A DNA stretch of 64,000 bases, from positions 3,808,001 through 3,872,000 of the forward strand of contig OZ244252.1 in NCBI GenBank assembly GCA_965217185.1, written 5' to 3'. This document shows, piece by piece, positions 17,583 through 28,192 of this stretch (position 1 is its first letter; the number at the start of each line of letters is the position of its first letter). The notes under the pieces are model-generated. The model was not told the DNA's origin, ran no database searches, and was given only the letters and a program-made list of their open reading frames with translations. A program made the translations under genes and the position numbers. The stretch is from an uncultured Candidatus Entotheonella sp. Lineage in GTDB: Bacteria > Tectomicrobia > Entotheonellia > Entotheonellales > Entotheonellaceae.

Positions 17583-18758
17583 GTGTTGCCATTGGCAGAG
17601 ATTAAGCAAATGGTCCAGAGCCGGCTGTTTTCCGAGGCGGCCGGCGAGCAGCCAAAGTTGAGGCGCGGCCAGTGTCAAACCCGTGGCAAGGTAGCGATAC
17701 ACTTTGATCGAGCCGAGAACCTGTATGCGGATTGGCCGATGCCGACGTGTATCATCTCCGACGGTCCTTACGGCGTGGGCGGGTTTCCCGGAGATTGCCA
17801 TGATGCGGAATCCCTGCACGAGTGGTACGAACCGCACGTCAAGGCGTGGAGCGAACGGGCCACGCCCGAGACGACATTGTGGTTCTGGAACACCGAGGCA
17901 GGCTGGGCCAACGTCCATCCGGTTCTGGTTGCGCAGGGCTGGGAGTATCGCTGTTGCAACATCTGGGACAAGGGCTTGGGCCACGTTGCTGGCAATGCGA
18001 ATACGCAGACCCTGAGAAAATTTCCCGTCGTTACCGAAGTTTGCGTCCACTACGTCAAGGCCGCAACGTTTCGGGTTCAGGATGAAGTCTTGACCATGCA
18101 GGCGTGGCTTCGCCATGAGTGGAAGCGCGCCGGGTTGCCTCTTAGGCTGGCTAACGAGGCGTGTGGTGTGCGTAACGCTGCTACGAGAAAGTACCTCACC
18201 GCCGACCACCTCTGGTATTACCCCCCGGTTGACACCTTCGTGAAATTGGCCGCCTATGCCAACGAGCATGGTGACCCGAGAGATCGCCCCTATTTCAGCA
18301 CGGACGGGAAAGGACCTCTATCCGGCGAGCAGTGGTCGAGGCTGCGAGCAAAATTCAAATGTGAGGTTGGAGTTACGAACGTCTGGCGCGAACCGCAGGT
18401 CGGTGGGTCAGAACGTATACAAGGGTCGAGAAATGGAATGAAGTACAAGTTTCGCAGCCTGCACGGCAGCCAGAAACCGCTGAAGCTCATCGACTTGATT
18501 ATTCGAGCGTCGACGGACCGTGGCGATGTTGTTTGGGAGCCTTTCGGCGGGCTGTGTCCTGGCGCCATCGTGTCCTATCACCTCGACCGCGAATACCACG
18601 GCGCGGAGACGATTTCCGAATTCTACGCGGCAGCGGTGGAGAGGTTGCGAAGGTCGGCTTCCTTATGGCCGCAAGGGGTTGATCATGGCGCCATCACTGC
18701 CGACCCGAGAATCCGTGAACGAATGGGAGCACTTCCCGCTATACAGAAACATCCGTGA
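17583..18758 (+). CDS. DNA methyltransferase (N4/N6, beta-like motif order)
   Basis: ISDGPY catalytic-like motif before H..QKP and VWEPFGG. Confidence 0.85.
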   Translation: MLPLAEIKQMVQSRLFSEAAGEQPKLRRGQCQTRGKVAIHFDRAENLYADWPMPTCIISDGPYGVGGFPGDCHDAESLHEWYEPHVKAWSERATPETTLWFWNTEAGWANVHPVLVAQGWEYRCCNIWDKGLGHVAGNANTQTLRKFPVVTEVCVHYVKAATFRVQDEVLTMQAWLRHEWKRAGLPLRLANEACGVRNAATRKYLTADHLWYYPPVDTFVKLAAYANEHGDPRDRPYFSTDGKGPLSGEQWSRLRAKFKCEVGVTNVWREPQVGGSERIQGSRNGMKYKFRSLHGSQKPLKLIDLIIRASTDRGDVVWEPFGGLCPGAIVSYHLDREYHGAETISEFYAAAVERLRRSASLWPQGVDHGAITADPRIRERMGALPAIQKHP

Positions 18759-19599
18759 GGCGATCGCCTCTTTGCCTTTGTACTTCCGCACCGAAACGCA
18801 CATTTCTGGCATCATGGCGACCGATCTTCACACGTTGAACACGGTATTGGGGGCGACGATTGAGGATCAGGTTGTGCGGACACTGAATCTGGTTCGCAAT
18901 ACCTGGGATTCGGATGGAACGTACTCGCTATACAGTTTTGTCAGACAAGCACAGACATTCCCCGACATTCTCCTGCGTCAGGTTTCAAGCGGTGAGGTTT
19001 TGCTGGGCATCGAGCTTAAAGGTTGGTATTTGTTGGCGAAGGAAGCAGAGCCGAGCCTGAGGTTTCAAGTCACAATTGATGCCTGCACGAGGCAGGATTT
19101 GATCGTCGTCGTGCCTTGGGCATTGGGGAACGTCATTAGCGGCTCCCCCATTCTCTTTGAACCCTTTGTCGAGTCTGCGCGGTACGCTGCCGCATACCGA
19201 AATTATCATTGGCAACACGTGCGGCGAACGAGACAACAGACCGACATAGACACCCCTGATCGCGTCACCCCCTATCCCAACAAATCCGACCAGATTCTCG
19301 ACAGGCCCCGAGCCGATGGCGGTGGCAATTTCGGCCGGTTGGCGCGGACGGGGACGATGGACACCTACCTGCAGAAGCTCGACGACGTACAGCTTTGTGG
19401 AATCAAAACGGTTTACTGGCGGGAGTTCCTGAAGACGTTCCAGGAAAATACGTCGGACCTTCAGGTCCGTACAGCATTGGAACGGTTAAGGCAGCGGGTG
19501 CAAAGGGGCACGGACATTCCGTCGCCAAAATCCAGGTCGGCTCTGGCGGTCATTACGGAACTCGAAGCCCTGCTCGACTTGGACGAATCCGACGAGTAA
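18685..19599 (+). CDS. Putative Type II restriction endonuclease
   Basis: FPDILL...GIELKGW PD-(D/E)XK pattern; overlaps the MTase. Confidence 0.65.
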   Translation: MAPSLPTRESVNEWEHFPLYRNIREAIASLPLYFRTETHISGIMATDLHTLNTVLGATIEDQVVRTLNLVRNTWDSDGTYSLYSFVRQAQTFPDILLRQVSSGEVLLGIELKGWYLLAKEAEPSLRFQVTIDACTRQDLIVVVPWALGNVISGSPILFEPFVESARYAAAYRNYHWQHVRRTRQQTDIDTPDRVTPYPNKSDQILDRPRADGGGNFGRLARTGTMDTYLQKLDDVQLCGIKTVYWREFLKTFQENTSDLQVRTALERLRQRVQRGTDIPSPKSRSALAVITELEALLDLDESDE

Positions 19600-19637
19600 A
19601 GCCAGAACGAGAAAGATTTCCGGCTGGCCGCGCGGAT

Positions 19638-20267
19638 TTACCGCGGCACTTCCAGAATCGCCTGCACCATGCGGCGCTCCAGCGTCTGGCCCAGGCGTTG
19701 CGTGAGGGCTTGCTGGGTGTAGTTGCCCAGCGTGACTACGTACGCCACGCCCAGCAGCCGACCCACCCGGAAATCCACCACCGTGGACGATACGGGGCCT
19801 TCCGGGCTGCTCTGCAACACGCGCAGTCCCGCGGTCTCGTCCGCAAAGCCCTTGAATTGCAGGCGTTCCGCCACCAGCAAGTGCTGCCCCGGATGAATTT
19901 CCTCATCGAGCCGTGACTCGAAATCCCGCAGAAAGACCTCCTCGATCCAGCGCGACACGGAATGTGTTTCGTCGAATAGATGCACCACGATGGACGCTGC
20001 CAGGATGAACCCCGGCGGGATCTTGCGGCTCTCAGGCGCCGCCGGCAGGAATTCTTGCAGGTATCCCGTCAGGCGCCCCACTCCCCGGAAGCGCTCGGCG
20101 GTGCTGCCCGGCAGACCCTGCTTCGCTAGGCTGTGGTTGTCCAGAAAGCCCGTGCGCGCCGGTATGAAGTCGCGCAGCGGCGCCGGCAAATCCGTACGGC
20201 TCAGGACCATGCGCGGCAGGTCGTCCGCCGTAATCGCCTGGGTGACTTGATGGAACACCTCGGACAT
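19638..20267 (-). CDS. Hypothetical protein
   Basis: 209-aa ORF in the intergenic slot. Confidence 0.65.
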   Translation of the reverse strand: MSEVFHQVTQAITADDLPRMVLSRTDLPAPLRDFIPARTGFLDNHSLAKQGLPGSTAERFRGVGRLTGYLQEFLPAAPESRKIPPGFILAASIVVHLFDETHSVSRWIEEVFLRDFESRLDEEIHPGQHLLVAERLQFKGFADETAGLRVLQSSPEGPVSSTVVDFRVGRLLGVAYVVTLGNYTQQALTQRLGQTLERRMVQAILEVPR

Positions 20268-20363
20268 TGGAACACCTTGAGCAGTCGGTAGGGAACGCTG
20301 GAGTTATGGTATCCTGTCGTTCATTACAGGGTTGGATATTCCGCCACCACCAAAGGAGAGGCC

Positions 20364-20762
<399 letters not shown>

Positions 20763-20768
20763 ATTCCC

Positions 20769-23615
20769 TTATCCCACACCCATCCGCTCAACGATTTTCT
20801 CGACCCGCACAGCGCAGAACTTGAACTCGGGAATTTTGCCGTACGGGTCGAGGGCGTCGATGGTCAGCAGGTTGGCGGCGGCTTCCTTGAAATGAAACGG
20901 CAGAAAGACGCTGCCCGTTGACGGCTTGGTCGACGCCGTCACCTTGACCGTGATCTCGCCCCGCCGCGATAACACCCGCACCCATTCGCCATCCTCGATG
21001 TGCAACGCCGTCATATCCTCCGGCGTCATCTCCAGCAACGCTTCCGGCACCATGGCGTCCAGGGCCTTGGCGCGTCGCGTCATGGTGCCCGTGTGCCAGT
21101 GCTGCAGCACCCGTCCGGTGTTCAGCACCAAGGGGTAATCTGCGTCCGGCAACTCCTTGGCGGGGGCGAATTCGGCGGGCTCGAACTTGCCTTTGCCGCG
21201 CGGGAAGCCGTCGGTGAAACGGATGGGCACGCCCGGATGCTGGGGTTCCGGGCACGGCCACGGAATGCCCTCGTGCGCCAGCCGCTCGTAGGTAATGCCG
21301 GTGAATTCGGGCGTCAGGGACACGATCTCCCGCCAGATGGCCTCCTCCGAGGCGTACGACATCGGGTAGCCCATGCGCGCCGCAAGGTCGGCGATGATCC
21401 GCCAGTCGTCGCGCACCTGCCCCGGCGGGTCGATGGCCTGCCGGGCAAGCTGCACGCGCGAATCCGTGTTGGTAAAGGTGCCGGTCTTCTCGGGAAAGCT
21501 CGTGCCCGGCAGGATCACGTCGGCGTACGCCGCGGTTTCGGTGAGGAAGATGTCCTGCACCACCAGGAAATCCATGCTGGCCAGGCACTTCTTCACCTTG
21601 TTGATGTTGGGATCGCTCAGAAAGGGGTTCTCGCCCATCATGAACATCGCCCGGATGTTGCCCTCCAGCACCGCGGACATGATCTCCACCACCGTAAGGC
21701 CCGGTTCGGGGTCGAGCCCGACGCCCCAGACGTCCTCGAATTTCCGCCGCACCTCGGCGTCCGCGACGCTCTGATAGCCGGTGTAGACCATGGGAATGAG
21801 CCCGACGTCCGAGGCGCCCTGTACGTTGTTCTGGCCGCGCAAGGGGTGCAGGCCAGTGCCGGGCCGGCCGATGTTGCCGGTGAGCAGCGCCAGGTTAATG
21901 AGGCAGCGGGAGTTGTCGGTGCCGGTGGTGTGCTGCGAGATGCCCATGCCCCAGAAGATCATGGCGCGCTTGGCCCGCCCGTAGGCGCGGGCCACGTCGA
22001 TCACCTTCTGCTCCGGCACCCCGGTGAGGCGTGATACCAGGCGCGGTGTGTAGGCGATCACGGTGTCGCGCAGGCGGTCGAAGGCCTCGGTGCGCTCTTC
22101 GATGAACTCGGCGTCGTAAAGCTCCTCGCGGATGATGACGTGCATCAGGCCGTTGAGGAAGGCCACGTCGGTGCCGGGGTTGAAGCGCACGTAATGGTCG
22201 GCGTGGTCGGCGATTTCGGGCCGTCGCGGGTCGGCGACGAGTAGCGTGGTGCCGGCGTTGGCGGCCTGCTTGATGAACGTTGCCGCCACCGGGTGGTTGT
22301 GTGTGGTATTGGAGCCGATGATGAAGATGGCGTCGGTGTCCAGCGCGTCGGAAAACGGGTTCGAAACCGAGCCGCCGCCGATCTGGTCGAGCAAGGCGGC
22401 CACCGAGGAGGCGTGGCATAGCCGTGTGCAGTGATCGACGTTGTTGGTGCCGAAGACGGCGCGGATGAGCTTCTGGAACAGGTAGTTGTCCTCATTCGAG
22501 CACTTGGCGGAGCCGAAGCCGGCCAGCGCCTGGCTGCCGTGCGCTTCCCGGACGGCCATGAAGCGCTGCGCCGCCAAGTCGAGGGCCTCGTCCCAGGTGG
22601 CTTCCCGGAACGCCTGGTGCGGGTCGGCGGGCGGCTCGGGGAACTTCGGGTAGTACTCCGGCTTGCGAATCAGCGGCACCAGCAGGCGCTCGCCGTGGTG
22701 CACGTAATCGAAGCCGTAACGGCCTTTGACGCACAACCGGCCATGATTTACCGGACTGGCGCGGCCCGACACCTGCACGATGGTGTTGGCCTCCGGATTG
22801 ACCGTGTACGTGATGCTGCACCCGACGCCGCAGTATGGGCACAGGGAGTCGACTTGTTTGTGATCGACGTCCGTCAGCATCGGCAGAGTCAGGGGCTTGT
22901 CGGTCAGGGCGCCGGTCGGGCAGGCGGCCATGCACTCGCCGCAGGAAACGCAGCTCGACTGGCCCATCGGCAGGTCGTTGTCGAAGGAAATGCGCGCCGT
23001 GTAACCCTTGCCGGTGCGCCCGATGACATCGTTGCACTGCACGTCGTCGCAGGCGCGGATGCAGCGGTCGCACAGGATGCAGGCGTTGTGATCGACGGCG
23101 ATGACCGATGACGACAGGTCGTGTCCGTTATCAAAGCTTGCTAGCAATTGGCGGGCGGGAAAGCGCGGCGTCGTGACGCCCTGCGCGGCGGCCAGTTCCA
23201 GCAGCAGGTCGGGCTTGCCGGCTTGCCGCGGCGGGGCCGGCTTGCCGTTGGCGGTGGGATAGTCGGACATAAGCAATTCGGTCAGCATGGCCCGCGACCG
23301 CGTTACCTTGTCGCCGTTCGTGTGCACCACCATGCCGTCCTCGGCCTGGCGCACGCAGGCGGCCTGCAGCACGCGGTTTCCCTCCACTTCGACCACGCAC
23401 ATGCGGCAGACGCCAACTGGCTCCAGCTTGGGCGAGTGGCACAGCACGGGAACGTCGATTCCCGCCTGTTGGGCGGCCTCGTACAGGGTCGTGCCGGGCG
23501 CCACGTCGAGTGATTGGCCGTCCATCGTGATGCGGACACCACTCGCCGTGCTCGTGCTGTCTTGTCCTATACGCTCACTGGCGTTCGCTGTGGCGTTTGC
23601 GCTGGCTTCAGACAT
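20769..23615 (-). CDS. fdhF: Formate dehydrogenase alpha subunit (FdhF/FdsA-like, Cys ligand)
   Basis: N-terminal 2Fe-2S and 4Fe-4S motifs, CPYCGVGC, DHCTRLCH, LRGQNNVQG, IPEFKFCAV. Confidence 0.94.
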   Translation of the reverse strand: MSEASANATANASERIGQDSTSTASGVRITMDGQSLDVAPGTTLYEAAQQAGIDVPVLCHSPKLEPVGVCRMCVVEVEGNRVLQAACVRQAEDGMVVHTNGDKVTRSRAMLTELLMSDYPTANGKPAPPRQAGKPDLLLELAAAQGVTTPRFPARQLLASFDNGHDLSSSVIAVDHNACILCDRCIRACDDVQCNDVIGRTGKGYTARISFDNDLPMGQSSCVSCGECMAACPTGALTDKPLTLPMLTDVDHKQVDSLCPYCGVGCSITYTVNPEANTIVQVSGRASPVNHGRLCVKGRYGFDYVHHGERLLVPLIRKPEYYPKFPEPPADPHQAFREATWDEALDLAAQRFMAVREAHGSQALAGFGSAKCSNEDNYLFQKLIRAVFGTNNVDHCTRLCHASSVAALLDQIGGGSVSNPFSDALDTDAIFIIGSNTTHNHPVAATFIKQAANAGTTLLVADPRRPEIADHADHYVRFNPGTDVAFLNGLMHVIIREELYDAEFIEERTEAFDRLRDTVIAYTPRLVSRLTGVPEQKVIDVARAYGRAKRAMIFWGMGISQHTTGTDNSRCLINLALLTGNIGRPGTGLHPLRGQNNVQGASDVGLIPMVYTGYQSVADAEVRRKFEDVWGVGLDPEPGLTVVEIMSAVLEGNIRAMFMMGENPFLSDPNINKVKKCLASMDFLVVQDIFLTETAAYADVILPGTSFPEKTGTFTNTDSRVQLARQAIDPPGQVRDDWRIIADLAARMGYPMSYASEEAIWREIVSLTPEFTGITYERLAHEGIPWPCPEPQHPGVPIRFTDGFPRGKGKFEPAEFAPAKELPDADYPLVLNTGRVLQHWHTGTMTRRAKALDAMVPEALLEMTPEDMTALHIEDGEWVRVLSRRGEITVKVTASTKPSTGSVFLPFHFKEAAANLLTIDALDPYGKIPEFKFCAVRVEKIVERMGVG

Positions 23616-23637
23616 GGGTGCTACCTCGCTCCGCTGA

Positions 23638-25269
23638 TCACGCCGCGATGTAGCGGGTGATGTCGTCCTTGAAGTGCTTGATGACCGACAAGATGGGGTT
23701 CGGCGCCGCCTGGCCCAGGCCGCAGATCGAGGTCAGCGCCATCGTTGCCGATAGTTCCTCGATGAGTTCCAGGTCGGCCCACGAGCCGTTCCCCGCCAGA
23801 ATGCCTTCCAGGAGCGTGACGATCTTCTCTGATCCGACCCGGCAGGGCACGCACTTGCCGCACGATTCGTTGCGGAAGAAACGCCCGACGTTGAGGGCCA
23901 ACTCCAGCATGCAAACGTCGTCGCCAACGACCACCAACGCGCCCGATCCGAGCATCGAGCCGGCCTCCGCCAGGGTGCGGAAGTCCAAGGAGATGTCGGC
24001 CATGCTGGCGGGCAGAAAGCCGGACGACGCGCCGCCGGGGGCAAAAGCCTTGAGGGTGCGGCCGTACCGCATGCCGCCGGCGCGTTCGATCAGTTCATGC
24101 ACCGTCAGGCCGAGGGGCACCTCGTACACGCCGGGGTTCTTGACCTGACCGCTGACCGCCAGGAATTTCAGACCCTTGGCGCCGTTCTTGCCGTGTTCGG
24201 CCCACCAGTCGCCGCCGTTGAGAACGATGCCGGGCACCATGGCGAAGGTTTCGACGTTGTTCAACAACGTGGGCGCGCCGAACAGCCCGTGCGTGCCCGG
24301 AAAGGGCGGCTTGTGGCGCGGCTCGGCCCGTTTGTCCTCCAGGGCTTCGAGGAGGGCGGTTTCCTCGCCGCAGATGTAACCGCCGGGGCTCTCGAAAATC
24401 TCGAACTCCACGTGGTGCGCGGACCCCATCATGTAGGGGCCGAGGATGCCCTCGTCCTGCCGTTGCCGCAGCGTCTTGAGCAGCACGTCGCGCTGGCGGG
24501 CGTATTCGTGGCGGATGTAGATGATGGCCTTGCGCGCCCCCACGGTCAACGCCGCCAAGGCCATGCCCTCCAGTACCAGATCGGGTAGTGTCTGCAAGAT
24601 GACGCGATCCTTGAACGTCCCCGGCTCGCTCTCGTCAGCGTTGCAGATGACGTACTTCACTTCGCCCGGCGCCTGTTGCACCAACTCCCACTTGACGCCG
24701 GTGGGAAATCCGGCGCCGCCCATGCCGCGCAGACCGCTCGCCTTGAGGGCTGCGAGCACCGCGGCGCTGTCGCCGCCGTGGACCAGACGGCGCAGCGCAT
24801 CGTATGTCGATGCGCCGTCGTAGGGATCGCAGACGAACGCCGTACCGGGCGCGGAGTAACGCTGCCGCCGCAGGGTGCGCCCGCTGGCCAACGACTCGAG
24901 CAGGGACATGATGCGCTGGGCGCTCGCTTCGGTGTAGATCTGGTCGTTCACAACGATGGCGGGCGCGCCGTCGCATTGCCCCAGGCACGCCGTGGTGCCC
25001 ACCTGCGTGTCCTCCGTCAAAGGCGAGGCATCTACCGCGGTGCGGGCGATGGCCTGCAAGTCCGTGGCGCCGCGCAACAGGCAGGCCATGTCGTGGCATA
25101 CCCGGATGTCGACTTTGGGAGGCGGCTGCAAGCGAAAATGGGGGTAGAAACTGGCCAATCCATGCAGGCGATACAGGGGTATGTTGATGCGGCGGGAGAG
25201 GGCCTGTAATTCTTCTACAGGCAGGTACGAGTGGGTTTTCTGGATCAGGTTGAGTTCCTGAATAATCAT
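23638..25269 (-). CDS. NuoE-NuoF-like fused diaphorase subunit of FDH
   Basis: VCHDMAC..CLGQCD (NuoE) followed by GLRGMGGAGFPTG, NADESEPGT, YICGEETAL, ESCGKCVPCR. Confidence 0.92.
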   Translation of the reverse strand: MIIQELNLIQKTHSYLPVEELQALSRRINIPLYRLHGLASFYPHFRLQPPPKVDIRVCHDMACLLRGATDLQAIARTAVDASPLTEDTQVGTTACLGQCDGAPAIVVNDQIYTEASAQRIMSLLESLASGRTLRRQRYSAPGTAFVCDPYDGASTYDALRRLVHGGDSAAVLAALKASGLRGMGGAGFPTGVKWELVQQAPGEVKYVICNADESEPGTFKDRVILQTLPDLVLEGMALAALTVGARKAIIYIRHEYARQRDVLLKTLRQRQDEGILGPYMMGSAHHVEFEIFESPGGYICGEETALLEALEDKRAEPRHKPPFPGTHGLFGAPTLLNNVETFAMVPGIVLNGGDWWAEHGKNGAKGLKFLAVSGQVKNPGVYEVPLGLTVHELIERAGGMRYGRTLKAFAPGGASSGFLPASMADISLDFRTLAEAGSMLGSGALVVVGDDVCMLELALNVGRFFRNESCGKCVPCRVGSEKIVTLLEGILAGNGSWADLELIEELSATMALTSICGLGQAAPNPILSVIKHFKDDITRYIAA

Positions 25270-25464
25270 GTAAGGATTGCCCCGCAGCGTGTGACCCGGA
25301 GGGGAAAGGATCGGGCGCAACCTTACCGTGCTTTGGGGGCATCGTCAACACTGCCGAGGGCGTTTCAAACCGGCGTTTGACAGCTTTTGAAGCGGCGTTC
25401 TACACTGCCGTGCGCTCTGGCGCGAACGGCATCCGAAAACCCCGGCATGGCAAGGAGCGAGCCC

Positions 25465-26076
25465 ATGAAAGTTTCACCCGATGGCGTCACGGGCGTTCTG
25501 CTCGCCGGTGGCAACAGCAGCCGTATGGGCCGCAACAAGGCCCTCATGACGCTCGCCGGACAACGCCTCGCTGACCGTGCCTTGGCCGTCTTGCGCGGCC
25601 TCTTTGACGACTTGCTGATGGTCACTAACAGCCCCGACCTGTACGCCGACCTCGGCGTCCGCATGGTGCCCGACCTCGTTGCCGGCAAGGGTGCCCTCGG
25701 CGGCATCCACAGTGCCATCCACCACGCCGCTACGCCATACTGTCTTGTCGTGGCCTGCGACATGCCGTTCCTGAACGCTGACGTCTTGCGCTATCTGGTC
25801 GGGCAGCGAGCGGGGTATGACGTCGTCGTGCCCACCGTGCACGGCAGGCCGCAGCCGCTGCACGCCATCTACGGCAAAGTCTGCTTGCAGCCCATCGCCC
25901 GGCGCCTTGAGACGGATCGCTTGCACGTCGTGGGTTTTTTCCCGGACGTGCGGGTGCGGGAGGTTACGGCGGAGGAACTGGCGGGTTTTGACCCCGAGGG
26001 CCTGTCGTTCCGCAACTTGAACACGCCGGAAGAGTTCGCCGAGGCGGCGCGCCGGCTGGATGCGGCGTCAAGGTGA
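25465..26076 (+). CDS. mobA: Molybdenum cofactor guanylyltransferase
   Basis: LAGG.SSRMG.NKA, ACDMP, PLHAIY, NLNTPEE. Confidence 0.93.
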   Translation: MKVSPDGVTGVLLAGGNSSRMGRNKALMTLAGQRLADRALAVLRGLFDDLLMVTNSPDLYADLGVRMVPDLVAGKGALGGIHSAIHHAATPYCLVVACDMPFLNADVLRYLVGQRAGYDVVVPTVHGRPQPLHAIYGKVCLQPIARRLETDRLHVVGFFPDVRVREVTAEELAGFDPEGLSFRNLNTPEEFAEAARRLDAASR

Positions 26077-26083
26077 TTCCTTC

Positions 26084-26692
26084 TCAAACGGGAAGCACAT
26101 TAAATGTCAACGGCAGGGGATTACGGCCGGTCAAGGCAATTAGCAGGGGCGTCGCACACCCGCGCTCAACGGCCAAATCGGCCATGAGATGAAGGGACAC
26201 CGATGTCGCACTGGGGGGCGCTTCGCTATCAAGTTTTACCGCAGCTACAATGTCCGAAGTATGTACGGTGAGTTCCAAAACACGCGAGGGCAGGTAGTCG
26301 ATCAGCCGTATCCCGCCCACCGGTGTGGTGAGAAGCACATCGTCGGCTTCCCGGTCCACGCGGGCCAGCACGCGACATGCGGTAGTCTGTATGGCTATGC
26401 TCGGGTCGGCTCCGAGTGCTTTCCCCGCCTCTCGCCCCCGCGCGGCCACCATAGCCGGGTCGCCGAGCGACGCCGCGGCGCGAATGTAGTACTCCACCGG
26501 CCGCGTCATCTCAGCCGCCTCAGCCGGATTGTCGAGATAAGCTTCCACCGTTACAAAGGCCCGATTGGTGTGGCCCACCAGATCACAGACCGTCCATTCC
26601 CCCAATGCGGGCTGAGACCACGCTTCACGGTCGATCTGCGCTACCGTGTCAACAAAGAAAGCCGCCGCATCGGCATATGCCTGACGAATCAT
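26084..26692 (-). CDS. Maleylpyruvate isomerase N-terminal/DinB-superfamily protein
   Basis: WTV.DLVGH and ELTVH..D motifs. Confidence 0.8.
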   Translation of the reverse strand: MIRQAYADAAAFFVDTVAQIDREAWSQPALGEWTVCDLVGHTNRAFVTVEAYLDNPAEAAEMTRPVEYYIRAAASLGDPAMVAARGREAGKALGADPSIAIQTTACRVLARVDREADDVLLTTPVGGIRLIDYLPSRVLELTVHTSDIVAAVKLDSEAPPSATSVSLHLMADLAVERGCATPLLIALTGRNPLPLTFNVLPV

Positions 26693-26746
26693 GGCGTCGC
26701 CTTCTCCATAAGCCCGAAAGACTCGTTGTCTCGAACGGGATGCACA

Positions 26747-27310
26747 TTAGCTGACACGGGACACGTACCGGCCATCCGTCGTGTCCACACGCACCACGTC
26801 GCCGTCCTTGACGAACTGCGGCACCTGTACCACCAGGCCGGTTTCCAGGGTGGCGGGTTTCATGGACGCGCTGGCCGTGGCGCCGCGCAGGGCGGGTTCG
26901 GTGGTGCTGACGGTCAGATCCACCGTGGTCGGCAGGGTGACGCCGATGACGTTGCCATCGAAAACGTCGACGGTCGTCCGCGTGTTGGGCAGCAGGTAAG
27001 GTAGACTATTTTCCAGCAAATCCTTGTGCACGTTGATCTGCTCGTAGGTCTCGGGGTGCATGAACACGTACTCGTCGCCGTCGGCGTAGAGATACTCCAT
27101 TTCCTGCGACTCGACGGTCACCCGTTCCACCCGATCAGTAGTGCGCAGCCGTTTTTCCACCTTGCTGCCGGTGGCGAGGCTGCGCATCGTCGTCTGCATG
27201 GCCCCGCGCACGTTGCCGGGCGCCACGTGATGCGTCTTCATGACGCGAAACAGGGCGCCGTCGATCTGCAGAATCATCCCCGATCGCACCTGGGTTACCG
27301 AAATCAACAT
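26747..27310 (-). CDS. efp: Elongation factor P
   Basis: EYLYADG, KPATLETG..VQVP.FV..GD...VDT..G.Y; loop PGNVRG. Confidence 0.95.
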   Translation of the reverse strand: MLISVTQVRSGMILQIDGALFRVMKTHHVAPGNVRGAMQTTMRSLATGSKVEKRLRTTDRVERVTVESQEMEYLYADGDEYVFMHPETYEQINVHKDLLENSLPYLLPNTRTTVDVFDGNVIGVTLPTTVDLTVSTTEPALRGATASASMKPATLETGLVVQVPQFVKDGDVVRVDTTDGRYVSRVS

Positions 27311-27326
27311 CGTTGCAAAGCTCCTC

Positions 27327-28151
27327 TCAATACCACCCTCGGTTCATGACGAGTTCCCTGAACTCGGCTCTGTCCATCGCCTGCACGCGGTCGATCCGTT
27401 CGACATCGGCACCGTTGACGATGAAGAAAAAGAACTCCTCGTTGATGCAGCCGGCCGGACAGTCGCCCCACGTATGCCGAGCGACCACATACCAACGCCC
27501 CTCCGACTTCACCGCGTCGATATCGGAGCCGCCTCCCAGATAGGCATTGGGCTCCGCGAATTCGATGCCTTCCATCGTTTCGTACGCCGTGGCCGCGGCG
27601 GGGACGTTCAGGTACTCATTGAAGTAGAAAATGATGGTTCCGGAACGCGGGAAGAGTTCTACGACGACAGATAAACCGAGCCTTTCGTTGAGCGCATCGA
27701 ATTCCACGTGCCCGGTGCGTAACACGACAGGCCCGGTTTGGTCGTCAAGAAGCGAGGAGACGGCCTCGAACAACCACGGCTCCAGTGTGAGAAGAAGCTC
27801 CCCGAACGCATAGGGCGACCGTACGTTGATGTCCGCCACCGCCGGATACGCGTCTCGAATCCGGGAGAGAACCGGAGCAATCTCACGGGCCAGTTCACGC
27901 CGTTCTGCCGCGTCCAACAGCAAGCTGTCGTCTTCTCTTCGCAGGATTCGGTCGGCCAGGACGGCGGCTTCGGTCAGCGTGGGCGGTTGCCAAGTGTCTG
28001 AGGGCACGACAACCGGCGCTCCCGGGTTGATCGAATCTGAGCACCCTGCCAACGCCAGGACGCAGCACGCTGCGAGCCGAACGACCATCACCGCGATGTT
28101 GTTTTTGAAATCGTGTCGGACAGTCACGCCGGATACTTCCCCACGTTCCAT
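27327..28151 (-). CDS. Hypothetical lipoprotein
   Basis: Lipobox LAGC; C-terminal WGDCPAGC; the true start is probably downstream. Confidence 0.65.
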   Translation of the reverse strand: MERGEVSGVTVRHDFKNNIAVMVVRLAACCVLALAGCSDSINPGAPVVVPSDTWQPPTLTEAAVLADRILRREDDSLLLDAAERRELAREIAPVLSRIRDAYPAVADINVRSPYAFGELLLTLEPWLFEAVSSLLDDQTGPVVLRTGHVEFDALNERLGLSVVVELFPRSGTIIFYFNEYLNVPAAATAYETMEGIEFAEPNAYLGGGSDIDAVKSEGRWYVVARHTWGDCPAGCINEEFFFFIVNGADVERIDRVQAMDRAEFRELVMNRGWY

Positions 28152-28192
28152 AGTCGTATTCTACCGCAGGCTGGCGGAATGCAGGCCTGCCG

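Noticed and set aside
22400..22450. Possible selenocysteine in the FDH active site
   Set aside because: The ORF is uninterrupted, with a Cys codon in DHCTRLCH
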